The notes below the pieces were generated by a model that was not told where the DNA came from, searched no databases, and saw only the letters and a list, made by a program, of their open reading frames with translations. Below are positions 25,200 to 39,662 of a stretch of DNA of 64,000 nucleotides, in pieces (position 1 is the first letter of the stretch; each line of letters opens with the position of its first letter). The stretch lies in assembly GCF_009914755.1 (NCBI RefSeq), contig NC_060929.1, one strand, 5' to 3'. The DNA comes from the human T2T-CHM13v2.0 reference genome, Homo sapiens. Made by a program: the position numbers and the translations under genes.

Positions 25200-25530
25200 C
25201 AGGGCTCTAATCCCAATTACGTCACTAACCCTATGACTTTGGACAATTACTCAACCTGTTTAAGCTGGATTTTTCATCTGAAACCTAGGAATAGGGTCAC
25301 CAGACAAAATATAGGACATACAGTTAAATTTGAATTTCACTAAAACAATGAATAATTTTTCAGTATGAAGTATGTCCCGTGCACTACTGGAAAAGCCCAT
25401 GGAAGAATGCAACAGTATATAATAACTTTTTCTCTGAAATTCAAATTTAACTGGGCATGTTGTATTTTTATTCATTGTATCTGGCATCTCTATGTAGGAA
25501 TAATAATCCTCACTCTAGCCTTTAGGTGGG
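25200..25530 (+). mobile_element. MIR interrupted by MER53
   Basis: tgactttggacaattactcaacc ... ttttcatctg | taataatcct. Confidence 0.65.
25292..25492 (+). mobile_element. MER53 palindromic hAT MITE
   Basis: tagggtcaccaga ... cagttaaatttgaatttca / tgaaattcaaatttaactg ... tctggcatctcta; 8-bp TSD cctaggaa/tgtaggaa. Confidence 0.88.
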
Positions 25531-25764
25531 GACTCGATAAGTCAGTTTTCTAGAGGCTGTACTAAAAGGCTTTGCAATTATTTTCAATCTCATTTACTAT
25601 TGAAACAAGTCCAATGAAGAATGGAAAATTATTATCTTCATTTTCCAGATTAGCAAAAAAGGTTAAAATTCAGAAATTTGTCCAAAGTTAGATAGTCATA
25701 ATGGCAGAGCAAAGATTAAAGAGGGAGCTGTTTAACACCAAGGCCTGGAAGCTTAACTCTGTGA

Positions 25765-25949
25765 CAGTGGTTCTTAAACTTCAGCATGTTTCAGAATCAT
25801 CAGGAGAGTCTCTTAAAACACACATTACTGGGTCCAGCCCACAAGTTTCTGGTTCAATTGGTCTGGAATAGGGCCCCATAATTCACATTTTTCACACATT
25901 CCAGGTGTTACTGAGGCTGCTGGTTTAGGGACTAGTTTGAGAACTGCTG
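25765..25949 (+). mobile_element. MER5A hAT-Charlie
   Basis: cagtggttcttaaact ... tttgagaactgctg terminal inverted repeats. Confidence 0.85.
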
Positions 25950-26427
25950 CCTTCTGCTGTCCTGTGGTGTGCCATCAGTGCCAGTGCTTGGCATATATAA
26001 GTGACAGCCTCATGATGCCACTCATTGTGAGCCACCAAAGAAATCATGCCCACTTATCACTTATTGGCTTTTAAAACATTGTTATGAAGCAGAAGGTAAT
26101 AATGAAAATACGCAACCCCCATAAGCAGTACTCCAAAAGCCCTGATCTTTTTAAGGCCATGGATGTCTTTCCTGCTTCCTTTTCTGACTTTGGAGAGCTT
26201 CTCTCTAGTATTGTCCTTGAAAGAATCACTGTTCCCCAGAGATAACCAGTAATTGGAAGAAACACCACTTGGAAGTAATCAACACACAATTTTATTTAGT
26301 CCCTCCCTGTTTCTTGAAAATTTATTCAATGGGGAAATTTTTTCTCTGGCCTCTGAATAAAGATTTGGGCAAACTCATGACTTTTCTCCTCTTTTAGCTA
26401 ATAGACGGTCCAAAGGCCACTTTAAGT

Positions 26428-26429
<2 letters not shown>

Positions 26430-26472
<43 letters not shown>
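26430..26472. repeat. (CA)21 microsatellite
   Basis: Perfect dinucleotide run. Confidence 0.97.
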
Positions 26473-26475
<3 letters not shown>

Positions 26476-26696
26476 CCACTTTAGAAATTAGACCATCTAG
26501 CCCCCCAGTTAACACATTTCTCCCCCTCACCTAAAATTTCTTTAAAGAGCCCCAAACTACTATTTTTTAAATTTATAAATTATTATTTGTCACACTGTAA
26601 AAATGATATTGATACTGATACCATTTCTAGCATGTCCAGTAATTTTTAGAGGGCAAATAACATTAACAGCTGGTCACTGCATCATCATTTGGGGCT

Positions 26697-27550
26697 GCAA
26701 TATTGTGAAATATATATTTGATCTTCTTCCATTTCTTGATGAATAGCTTCTAAAACCCTTGGAATCTCCAGAAAGATAAGGGTGTCTTTTGTATGCTAAT
26801 GAGGTAACTGGTGGTAGGGAGCTCTTACATAGCTTCAGGATGAGGTTGGTCACTGCAAGACCAAGGCATGATGAGAGGGTTGGTGACTTTCAGTCCCACC
26901 GCCAACCTCTGAGGAGTGGAGGGGGCAAAGAGTTAAAGGTTGAGCTGATCATCAATGGCCAATGATAGAATCACTCATGTTTATATAAGGAAGCCTCCAG
27001 GAAAACCTAAAAGGCAGGGTCCAGGCAACTAACTGATATCTGAACACACAGAGGGTTCCTGGAGGGTGGCATGCCTGGAAAGGGAATGGCAGCTCTGTGC
27101 CCCTGCTCACATACTTTTTCCTGTGTATCTTTCCATGTTGCTGTTCATCTGTATCCTTTGTAATATCCTTTATGATGAATGGGTAAACATAAGTAAAGTG
27201 TTTTTCTGAGTTCTCTGAGCTGCTCTGGCAAATTAATGGAGCTTGAGGAGGGGCTCATGGGAACCCCAATTTATAGCTGGTCAGTCAGAAACACAGGTCA
27301 CAACCTGGGCCTTGTGATTGGCATCTGAAGTGAGGGGCACTCATCAGACTGAGCCTTTAACCTGTGGGATCTGAAACTATCTCCAGGGAGATAGTGTCAG
27401 AATTGAATTATTGGCCACCTAGCTGGTATCCACTAGAGAAGTACTTGGTATGTGTGGAAGTATCCCCCAACATTTGGTGTCAGAAGTGTTGAGTGATGTG
27501 TGAGTGAGAGTAGGAAGAAACACCTTTGGATTTTTTCCATATCTTTTATG
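26697..27550 (+). mobile_element. MER21-family LTR
   Basis: tgcaatattgtgaaatatatattt ... aaaacccttggaatctcc ... tggtgtcagaagtgttgag. Confidence 0.8.
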
Positions 27551-28739
27551 AACAGAATTGGTATTAGGCTCTGAAAAATAATGGTCTTTACATTGCTGGC
27601 TCTAGGACCCACAGTTTTCTCAGGAGGTCTCTGTAAACATTCTCCCAGATTCACATAGGCCAGAATTTGATGGTTAAATGCCAGAATAATGATTGAACTA
27701 GGCGAACAGGCAGTTCTATTTGTACCAAAGATATTGTGGTACCAGAAAATAGTCCCCATGACATAGCAGCAGAGCCTTGTCTCCCCACAGGGTGCCTGAG
27801 GTGTGTTCCCACAGTGTTATCAAACTGAATTTCAGTCTACCTGCCCAGCGCAGCAAACCTAGACACTGACATCAGGATCGCAGTGACGGAAAGTGAGACA
27901 CTTATTGCAGGGCACCAAGCAAGAAGAATTGGGCAGCTAAGGCTTAAGACCCAGACTCCCTGACAGCTTACAGGTAAGGGTTTTAAAGGTGAGGAGGCAG
28001 AGGTTATAGACAAAGCCATAAATCAATACATGGGGGCTATACATTGGTTTGACCTAAAAAGCCAGGGGCCCACAGGTCATAGGTGGATTTAAAGATTTTC
28101 TGATTTGCAATTGGTTAAGAAGGCAAAAATTTGTGTAAACATCTGGGATCAGCAGAAAAGAATGTGAGCTCTGGCTCATGGGTGTGACCTCCTCCAGGTC
28201 ACTCAGGAAGAAATTTAGAACAAAGAACAGCAAATCAGAGCTCAGTTCCTCCTTATCTGAGGACTACACACAAGTAGAACCATGTAATAGGGGTCCAGAT
28301 TTCTGAAAAATAACTCAGGGACATATGTTGAGATGTTATCTTTAGTTTCTCTAGGGAACCAAACATCCCCTGACTCTAACTTTTTGGCTATTGTTTTAGG
28401 ATACGATTTCCTTCGTGCTTATGAGGGTGCTTACTTACTTTTCAGGGCTAGCTAAGTGCCTGGAATTTCTCTTGAAGGAACTCAAGATTTTCCTTTATTT
28501 CCATGCTTAGACTGGGGGTACCTGGTAGGCTTCTAAGAGGGGTCTCTACTCTATCTCAGTTCCCCCTGTCTCTTGTCAACCCATCAATCCTGATGGGTAT
28601 GGGGATGCAGGCTGCTGTGGCTACTTGCTGCTGAACTGGGGCAATGATTGGAGACTAGGATATGAGGAGAGAAAGTTTCTAGCATGGAGCTTGAGATATT
28701 CATGTGTCTCAGGCATGGCACCATGGTGCTGAACTATGA

Positions 28740-29280
28740 TTGTATTGTTGCTTTAGTTAATGCTGTACCATAACATTTTAATACACATTTGGCTATAATA
28801 TAAAGCATAAGTAAAATTAGCAAGATGCCTAATTAGCAATCCAGAAAACATGGACTGCATTCCATAAGGAATCTAAGAAAACGAGGAAGAAAACCAGTTC
28901 TTGGGGACAGTCAAGGAGACCTGCTGTAACCAAATGGCTTGTTCTTTAATTCTTTTTAGACGAGTTTTTAGATGATTTTTTACCTCCACAGATTCATTTA
29001 TGTAAGTATAGCATGTGATATTTACAACCACACACATTTTTTTTCTGAACAGCTAAAATGTAATCTAAGGCTATTATATAAGATCAATTATGTAAGACAA
29101 TCTGAGCTAATGAACTAATTCCTCTCTTCTGAGTGTCTATTGCCAATGCAGCTTCATCACAAGAATTCATAAAGTTGGGGAGAGATTTCTAATCATGTAC
29201 ACATTGGATGCCATTCCTCACCAAGGTAACAAAGTTCACCCGAGAAAGTACCCGGCTCCATCTTTTTGGTATTTGGGCAA
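28740..29280 (-). pseudogene. env: Decayed env TM subunit
   Basis: LLPW*GMASNVYMIRNLS (fusion-peptide region), SSLAQIVLHN*..ALDYILA (immunosuppressive domain), CVVVNITCYTYINES (CX6CC-like), with stops and frameshifts. Confidence 0.85.
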
Positions 29281-32104
29281 GTATAGATTTGTGGATCCCC
29301 AAAGTGAGTATGTGGACTGTTTAGTTTCAATAAATTGCTTAATTTGTTGGGAGCTAAGATATGTGATTTCTAACATGTTTAGGGAACAGGCCTCTAAGGA
29401 GGCATATTGAGGGTGTAGGGGTCTTGCTTATCTGAAGAGGAAAAATTGAGGAAGGCATTATAATGAGGTAGAGCCTCAATATTTTTCAGCAAATTTCCTT
29501 GAGATCCAACAGAGGGGACTTCTAAAATAATGGAATTCTCTTGTATACTACTTTTGGGGGGGCATTCAGGATATGACAGTTTAATGAACTGGTGCACTGT
29601 TGTTCTATTAACTGAGTCAGATGACATCTACAGGTTACCTCTCTTTGCCAATGAATGAGAAATCCTAAACATAGAGTTCTCCTTTTGATTTGGGGGGATC
29701 AAAGTCCACAAGGAAGCATAACAAAAAAGGCAATCATGTCAATAGTTCAATGTGAGCACCTGAAGAAATTAAGACCCCCACAGCAGCACACAGAATCTGC
29801 TTAGACAGTAGTAGATGCAAAAAATAAGAAATGCAATGACAAATAATATTGTTAAGTACTTTGGTATCTCTTATTTCTTATATTTAGGAGTCTGTCTTCT
29901 GAGTGGCAACTTGGGATCTATCAGGGATTTGCTGGTCCAATTAGAGAAGTCAGCCTTGGGGGGCCTCCACCTCAGGCTTGGATGGTCAGGACTGTGATGT
30001 TGTTATGATGTGCTTCCCATTTTCTGTTGCATTTCGAGAGTTGGGGTCAAATGACTCTTGGAAACCAGCTTTACCCAGGAATCAGTTTGACTCTTTAATT
30101 TTACTGAGGAATGAGTCATCAGCAGCACCTCATATGGTCCCATCCAAGAAGAATAAAGTTGATCTGAAATCAGTCTCTTTAGAATCTGGAAGCACTAAGT
30201 TGAGGTGTCTAGATGTTAGAGTCAAAGCATCTTTAGTTAAAGTGGCAGAAGGCAGTGGCAACCCGACAAGTTTTCTTTGCCTGTATCCCAAGGTAGAAAC
30301 TTCAGCTTGAGGGGCTTCAGGAAAGATGGTAGCAATTTCATTGAGTTCAAGTCAGAAAAGTGGGAAGAAACATTAGTTTTGAGACTTTTATTCAGAAAAG
30401 AATTCAGGATTCAGTTCAAGTAAAAACTCAAACAATGGACAATCCTAGAATCTAATAACAGGTATACTATCATTTTCTTCTGAAATGTAATTTTTCTCTT
30501 TCCAGTCCCCCTTCTCTTTAAAAAAATCAGACTAGGACCAATTTATTTGCAAAATAAGTTTTAGCTTTATTATATTAGGCCTAATTATTTGCATAAAGTG
30601 CAGCAAGACAGTTATTGGCCATATAGACTTTTAAAAATAGGCTTTACTAGAATGTTTTTCATAGAAAAACTCAGATTAGACATTTAAAAGCCTCTTGAGC
30701 CAAGCCAAAGTTTTATCAGTGTCTGCAGATACCTGTATGAATTGGGTGATTCCTCTCTTTTCAAGGTTCCAAAATATCTTGAGTTTCCTGGGCCTGTCAG
30801 AAAATGAGCTTACTTACCAAAGGTTCAGCAACATTGTAAGAAAACTGTGTACACAAAGTACCAGGCCAGTTTTTCCCAGGGGCTATTTATTGACTCTATA
30901 AATTCAACCTCAATTCCTCAATGCAGTCTGGTCATATCAGAAAATATGCCATTCCAGTCAAAGCCTTGGTAAAATAACCAGTGTCTCTAATTGTGTCCTG
31001 TTATAAAACAGATTCTTACTGAACTTAGGCAAATAACTATATTGCTATAAAATAAAAAAATACACAATTTCCAAATTTTAGAGAAATAAAAATGCTTCAA
31101 ATTTTGCTCACAAGAGTATACTTTACTCAGTTGTTAAAAGCTATAAATAGCTCAAAAGAAAAAAGTTTCCTTGACTCTGAAAAACAAAAGAATCAGCAAC
31201 ATTTCAAACAAGAAAGCGAAAAATTATTTTAGTCCTCTTTTAGTTTAGTCCCATGTACTTAACTTGTTCTGCTTGATATTGGGTTAGCAAGCCTCATGAA
31301 TGCATCAGCTTTTTAATTAAAGCCCTGGAAGCTTTTTAACCAGTCTAACGGTACAATCTCCAAAGTTATCAGAAATCTGTATTCAAGAGCACTTGCATGA
31401 GTCCTTTCCATGAACTTATTTGAAGAAGAAAATGCTTTTCGAGAAGAATCAAAGTAAAACAATAATTGTCTATAGATGACAAAAGTCTTAGAACAGCCAT
31501 GTTAAAAACCCAATTGACAAGGAAATGTGGTTATTTCTGTGGCACACAATAATTTAACATAATCATAAGTATTACTGATAACATATACTGAGATATGAGA
31601 ATTACAGAAATCTCATGCAATTTTGGAATGCCTATTAATAACACACATATATATAAATGTAACTCAAAGAAAGTTAAATACAATTTTATATTTGGCAATG
31701 CTTACTCTGTGATTTGAACATACCAAATAAGCCTAATATGTCTCTCTTGGACCTCTAGGGGCTCTAATATCCGAAATATTCCTTTGAGGTGAGAAAGACT
31801 AAGTTTAGAATTTGAAATTTGATTTTGGAAAGTTTGTCAGATATCAAAGGTTTAAATCACTTGATAACCCCAAATAAGATCACAGGTCACTGTAAAATAA
31901 TAGTCGTTCATTTAGCCAAAGTGGTAATTCAGAGATTTTGAAAAGCAAAATCCTTTACTGTTTGATAGAGGGGATACTCAGTTTCCCAAAACAATCACTA
32001 AGACCTAATAAAACAGCATGGGGCCAACTGAATCTCATTTTCTTTCCTGTCTTTTATTTTTTGGAGTTTACGCAAAATGTTAAGACATCTTTTATTGTCT
32101 CTTA

Positions 32105-32412
32105 TTTTTTAAAATGTATTTATTTGGGACAGGGTCTCACTTTGTTGCCCAGGCTGGAGTGCAGTGGCACAATGATGGCTCACTGCAGCCTTGATATCCC
32201 AGGTTTATGTGGTCTTCCCATCTCAGCCCCTTGAGTAGCTGGGACTATGGGTGTGTGCCACCACACCTGGCTAATTTTTTAAAAAAATTTCTTATATCAA
32301 CAGGGTCTCACTATGTTGCCCAGGCTGGTCTCAAACTCCTGGGCTCAAGCAGCTCTCCTACCTCAGCTTCCCAAAGTGCTGGGATTACAGACATAAGCCT
32401 CTATACCCAGCC
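32105..32412 (-). mobile_element. AluJ
   Basis: Antisense dimer; TSD tattgtctcttatt/tattatctcttatt. Confidence 0.9.
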
Positions 32413-32613
32413 TATTATCTCTTATTAATATTACATGAAAGTCTCATTTGAAAAAGAAAAAGTTCTACCTTTGCATTAGTGTATTATTGATGCTAAAGCT
32501 AATTTTAATAAAACAATAAATTCATTCAATCTCAATCAATTTTGACTATACAGGATAAGGTTTTCATAAACCTTTTATAATCTCTCATAATTTTTTTATT
32601 AAAGAGTAGATTT

Positions 32614-32918
32614 TGCTGGACATGATGGCTCACACTTGTAATCCCAGAATTTTGGGAGGCCAGGGTGGGAGCATGACTTGAGATCAGGACTTCAAGATCA
32701 GCCTGGGCAACATAGTGAGACTGTATCTTTACAAAAATAGAAATAAGAAAATTAGCCTGATGTGGTGGCATGGGCCTATAGTCCTAGCTAGTCCTAGCTA
32801 CTTGGGAGGCTGAGGCAGGAGTTTGAGGCTGCAGTGAGCTGTGATCATGCCACTGCACTTCAGCAGACTATGTCTCTAAAATTGAAATAAATAAATAAAT
32901 AAATAAATAAATAAAAAA
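32614..32918 (+). mobile_element. AluJ with (TAAA)n tail
   Basis: Degenerate dimer. Confidence 0.88.
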
Positions 32919-33039
32919 TCAGATCAGTGCTTCAAGAAAACGCTATTATCCTGACACCGGGGCCCAGACTATGGCCCTGCATCAGTGTGTCTTGGATATT
33001 GTTTAATTTTTAGAAAAACTAAGTAACTTTTCATTTTAG

Positions 33040-33408
<369 letters not shown>

Positions 33409-34064
33409 TACTCTCTCTCTTGAACTCTCTTTACATTTTACTTTTCCTTTAACAAAACAAGATTCTCAAACTTTTGAATAACATTTTAAAATTAAAAACT
33501 CATCCTGTTTTCTTTATATACTTTGCATATAGAATTGCTTTTCGTATATTAGTAGTCTTAATTACATATACTAATTATAGTATTAACTCTTACTAAATCT
33601 TATTTTTAGTGAAAAATCTTGGAGGTAAGCAATTTTAATTATGTATCAGATATAGAACCCAGGACATAGGGCCATGCCTGGAGCTAGGCGTTGTAACCTA
33701 AGGCTCAAATCTGAAGACATAAGTGTGTAGACAAGTTAAGCAAGTATCCAAAGTACTACAAAAGCAGTAGTTTTATGACCTGAAAACATCTAGCAAAGGC
33801 AGTATCTGACCAATAGATCTAGGCAAAAATGTCTAAATTAAATTCTGAAGATGGTTTTGTTTTACCAACAATTTTGAAAATATCTTTATTTACTAAAGAT
33901 TATTAAAATCACATGAACCAAAAAAATATTTGGACTTATTTAATTTATGAGTACTCCTTTATTTATAAACCAATTTGATATCATAGACAACATACAAAGA
34001 CATACACACATGCATACATGAACATCCAAACAGACATAAACAAAGAACCTACAGCCTTGATTTT

Positions 34065-34445
34065 ATTTTATTTTTATTATTAATAATTTTTTAGGGTTTA
34101 TGTATTTCATTTTTATTTTTATAGATTTAGGGATACAAGTGGAATTGTGTTATGTGGATATGTTGTGTAGTGGTGAAATCTGTGCTTTTAGTGTACCATC
34201 ACCTGAATAGTGTCCATTGTATCCAATATGTAGTATTTCCTCTCTCACTGCCCTCCCACCCTCTCAGCTTTTGGAGTCTCCCGTATCTTGTATACCACTC
34301 TGTATGTCTGTGTGTACTCATTGTTTAGCTTCCACTTATAAATGAGAATATGTGGCTTTTTACTTTCTGAGTAATTTCACTTAGGAAAATGGCCTCCAGT
34401 TCCGTTCATGTTGCTGCAAAAGACATGATTTTATTCTTTTTTGTG
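34065..34445 (-). mobile_element. L1PB-like 3' end inside the provirus
   Basis: atagatttagggatacaagt ... ccacttataaatgagaata ... gttgctgcaaaagacatgatttt. Confidence 0.85.
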
Positions 34446-34615
34446 TAGATTCTAAAACTCTAGTCATGAGCCTGGAAAGACTCACTCGTTCAAATAGGAC
34501 TGTATTCAAATTATGCCTCAATAAATGGAACAAGTCAAAATCCATTTGTCCCACATGGCTCAAGCCCTCACTGAGCCCCAGTGGAAACAAGGTAACAATC
34601 TATACCTCAAAGCAA

Positions 34616-34641
34616 AGAGAGAGAGAGAGAGAGACAGAGAC

Positions 34642-34687
<46 letters not shown>
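34616..34687. repeat. (GA)n microsatellite
   Basis: Direct inspection. Confidence 0.95.
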
Positions 34688-34694
<7 letters not shown>

Positions 34695-34756
34695 TCTATT
34701 ATCCTTTAAGAAGGAGTTTGGGCTGCACTAGAGGAAGACTGCAAATGGATACCAAA

Positions 34757-35102
<346 letters not shown>

Positions 35103-37496
35103 TTATAGGACAAATTTTCTCATAATATAATTTCTAGTGCCCCCCAAAGCCAAAGAGATCAGGTAATGCAATACAAAAGAGAACAGAGATTTAGATCTGA
35201 GAGGATGCTGTCCATTTACAACTCTTGAGATTCTCTGAGGAAAAACAGACGTTCTTCTCCCAAAGAAGAGTCTGTGATGCCTTTTCTGTTTTCTTTAAGG
35301 AATCTCAGGCTGTTAAAAAAAATGTTTTTTGGTTCCCACGATGTGACATCAAGTGTGGTAAGAGGAAGGAGGGGCGGGTAGAAGTAAATAGGGAAACAGA
35401 GGGAGTGCATATGGCTAGCAGGGCGTTAAGAAGACATACATCAAGTTGACAGAGAAATTTCTGCAGAGAGAAAACAGAGGCCTTAAAATAATATCCATAC
35501 ACATATATTGCCTAAATGTCAGTTTTAATTAAAGTGATTTTTGACTACAGAGCTCTTAAAAAAATCCTTTCAAATCTCTTATTACCAGATATTAGCTGGG
35601 ACAAACAGCTGATATTCCTGACTTTTGAACATTTTCCCCCGAAGTTGTCTTCTCCAGTGAAACTAGTAAGCCTTAACCAGGGTTATGCCTTAACCAAGGA
35701 GGCACAAGGTGTCCGAAGAGGTGCAAAGCAGTTCTCAAAAGATTCAGAATCACTTCACACACTGCTCAAAGAAAGGAAAGTTTTGCTAGCCACAAGTGGA
35801 GTACAATTTACATCTCCATTCAGCCATATTGTTTAGGGTCTCAGCTTCTTAGCTAACCGCCTGTACACAAAGGCACCAAAGTCCCCTATGTCCCCACAGA
35901 CCGAGGACAGAAAATTAAAAGCTCTGCATGCAAGAAAAAAGGACCAGAAATGGCAAAAATCACACAAATACCACACCCAAAGGACTTGTTCCCTGGCCAG
36001 GCTGCCTCAGTGAAAGGGTGGAACTTTAGCTACTGAACTACAGCATGGGATGGTCTCCATTATTCTTCCCAGAGGTGGGGGTGCGGGGGTCTATAGCAGG
36101 CAGTTTTGAGCTTGCAAAGGATTTTAACTTTATTTAGGTGGGATTTTTGCTCTTTAATTTAGTAAAGAGAATTCTTATGGCTAGCCGTGACACTATTATG
36201 TATCTTCAAAAACTTGATATTCCCATGAATTGTTTAGAATAAGAGATCTCTAAAATTCTTCTTTTAAATTTAGGAGTCCAATTTAAAGGATCCCTTTTTC
36301 AGGCCATTTTCTTCCAGAGGCTAAAGAATATTGCAGCCAAGCAGTGCAGTAATAAAAAATCATCTTTTTCATAGGCTCAAAGATAAAAATGGCTCAATTC
36401 TGCAGAATACCCCTTAATGGGCTACAAGGAGGAATAGAGCTCATATTTCCCATTTTAGATGACAAAACCTTAGGTGACAAACCCTTAATGCCTCCTCTGG
36501 GCTTTAAGCTGAGTTTCAAGCAAGCAAATAAAAATCAAAATGCAATTTCTCAAGGGGTCGCTCCCTTCAGCTTTTTACAGGGTATCCCCTACCAAATGCA
36601 CTCTGACTTGCCAAAGCAAGGCCAGTTCCTACTGCTTTGCTGAAGCAAGGCCAGATGTCCTACTAAAGCAGAACCCCAGGTCTGAAGGAAGAGTACGTGG
36701 AAGCTGTTGCCCATGCACTCTCCACTTACCAAAAGACATTTTTCCAGCCTGGTGCCTTGTTTCTAATGCTGCAAAAATGAAAGTGCTATGGGCCAGCAAT
36801 GGCTGGTTGGCAGCCAGACTCACGGACCTGTCCCTTAATGAAATAATTTAGGCACCTGCTAGATGGGATCAGAGGGTGGCTGCAGCCAGGAGCCCATGTG
36901 TCATGGGTGAGATGCGCACTTAGGACTTTTGTCCTTTCTATGGTGCCAATTATTTGTTACCAAACTGAACTTCAGTCTAAGTGCCTAGTGTAGCAAAACC
37001 AGACACTGACATCAGGATTGCAGTGACAGAAAGAGAGGCATTTATTACAGGGCACCAAGCAAAGAGAATGGGGCTGGTAACACTTAAGCCTGGAACTCCC
37101 CAATGGCTTATAGGTAAGGGTTTTAAAGGTGGGGACGCAGAGATTATAGGCAAGTCATAAATCAATACATGAAGGCTATACATTGGTTTAACCTAAAAAG
37201 GTGACATATCTCCAAGCAGGGGCCCAGAGCTCATAGGTGGATTCAAAGATTTTCCGATTTGTAATTGGTTAAGGAGGCAAAGCTTTGTCTAAAAATTGGG
37301 ATCAGCAGAAAAGAATGTTAGGTCTGGGTCAGGGGCGTGACCTTCTCTCCAAGCCACTCAGGAAGAAATTTAGAACAAAGAACAGCAGAGTTCAGTCCTC
37401 AGTTTCTCCTTATTTGAGGTCTCCGTGACAGTGGATCCACTGATGGGGATTTCATTTCTGAAAAACTGAGAGACATATGTTAAGATGTTATCATCA

Positions 37497-37791
37497 GGCC
37501 GGGCATGGTGGCTCACACTTATGAGCACTTTGGGAGGCTGAGGCAGGCAGATCATGAGGTCAGGAGATCGAGACCACCCTGGCTAACATGGTGAAACCCC
37601 ATCTCTACTAAAAATACAAAAAATTAGCCAGGCGTGGTGGCACGGGCCTGTAGTCCTAGCTACTCAGGAGGCTGAGGCAGAAGAATCGCTTGAACCTGGG
37701 GGGCAGAGGTTGCAGTGAGCTGAGATTGCGCCACTGCATTCCAGCTCCAGCAGGAGACTCTGTCTCAAAAAAAAAAAAAAAAAAAAAAAAA
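37497..37791 (+). mobile_element. AluSc/Y-type inserted in the 5' LTR
   Basis: Dimer with long A tail, absent from the 3' LTR. Confidence 0.9.
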
Positions 37792-38765
37792 GAAACAAAA
37801 CATCCCCTGACTCTAACTTTCCTGTCTATTGTATTAAGCTATGGTTACCTTCGTCCTTATGAAGTTGCTCATTTACTTCTCAGGACTAGCTGGGTGCCTG
37901 GAATTTCTCTTGAAGGAACTCAAGATTTTCCTTTATTTCTGTGCCTGTGGGTGGAATGGGGTCTGGCAAGCCCCTAAGTGGGGGTTCCTGCTCTGTCTCC
38001 ACAGTGGCATGTGACTGGTGGGCACCATGCCACATCTGCCCTACCCTTCTGCTCTTGCTGAAGCCCTCTGGCCTGCAAAGCTGCTAGGAGAAGGCTGCCG
38101 TGCCATTGCCCACCTGGAAGACAGCTTGGTCTTTCCTTGGTGATTGTCTCCAGAGTCTCAAAATCCTTAATGGTGGATTTTTCAGAGGCAAGGAGGCCTT
38201 CCCAGCCCTGAGAAGCACACTGCGTGATTTGAGCCTTGAAACAACTCCCTTGTCCTGAAAATCTCTAAACAATATTCTATGCTATAATCTAAACAATATT
38301 CTATGCTATAATCTTCAGTCTCCTACTAATAGAGGGTCCAGCCCAGGATGCTCAGAGAAATAGACAGCATACCAGCCTTTTCATCCTCCTCTGCGGCTTC
38401 ATCTGGTGTAATATCTCTGTGGAAAAGCTTTTCTTCTTCAATTATGAAACAATGCCCGACATGCCTTTCACTGGACATCAGCATGAGATGGGTGCCTGTG
38501 CTTGTGTGTGCTTGGAAGGTGGAAGTGTGAGCACCAGTAGAAGTCCTGCCTTTTAAAATGGAAGCCTACCCTGCACATGCTTTACTCCTCTATGACTTGC
38601 TTTTCACGGTATAGAGCATTGTAATTACATTGGAGAGACTGATATATCTCTGACGACAATTGAAAAAGACTGATCTGGGTCTTTCAAGCCAAACCAAATA
38701 CAGAATTTGTAGAAATCTGAAAAAGAAACAAAGTTACTTAACTAAAAAAAAAAAAATCTCCTATC

Positions 38766-39470
<705 letters not shown>

Positions 39471-39553
39471 GATGAAAAACTCCGAAGATCCTAGAGTAAG
39501 TACACTCCGGTAGAGACTAAACCAGGAGATTAGAGGAGGCTTATTTGGTTTTG

Positions 39554-39662
39554 CTAGATTGTAAACTGCTTGAGGACAGGAACTTTGTCATTGTGAATGT
39601 CACACTACCTATAATAGTGTCTTGAACATGGTTAGACTCAATGATTCCTAGCTGAATAGAAT
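39554..39662 (+). mobile_element. L2 3' end
   Basis: ctagattgtaaactgcttgaggacagg. Confidence 0.7.

Noticed and set aside
27551-27814. Possible processed pseudogene or MER21 internal sequence split by the provirus (continuing at 38005)
   Set aside because: No recognisable protein or poly(A)/TSD structure; identity unresolved
34466-34731. ORFs with RE/ER repeats
   Set aside because: Translation of the (GA)n microsatellite
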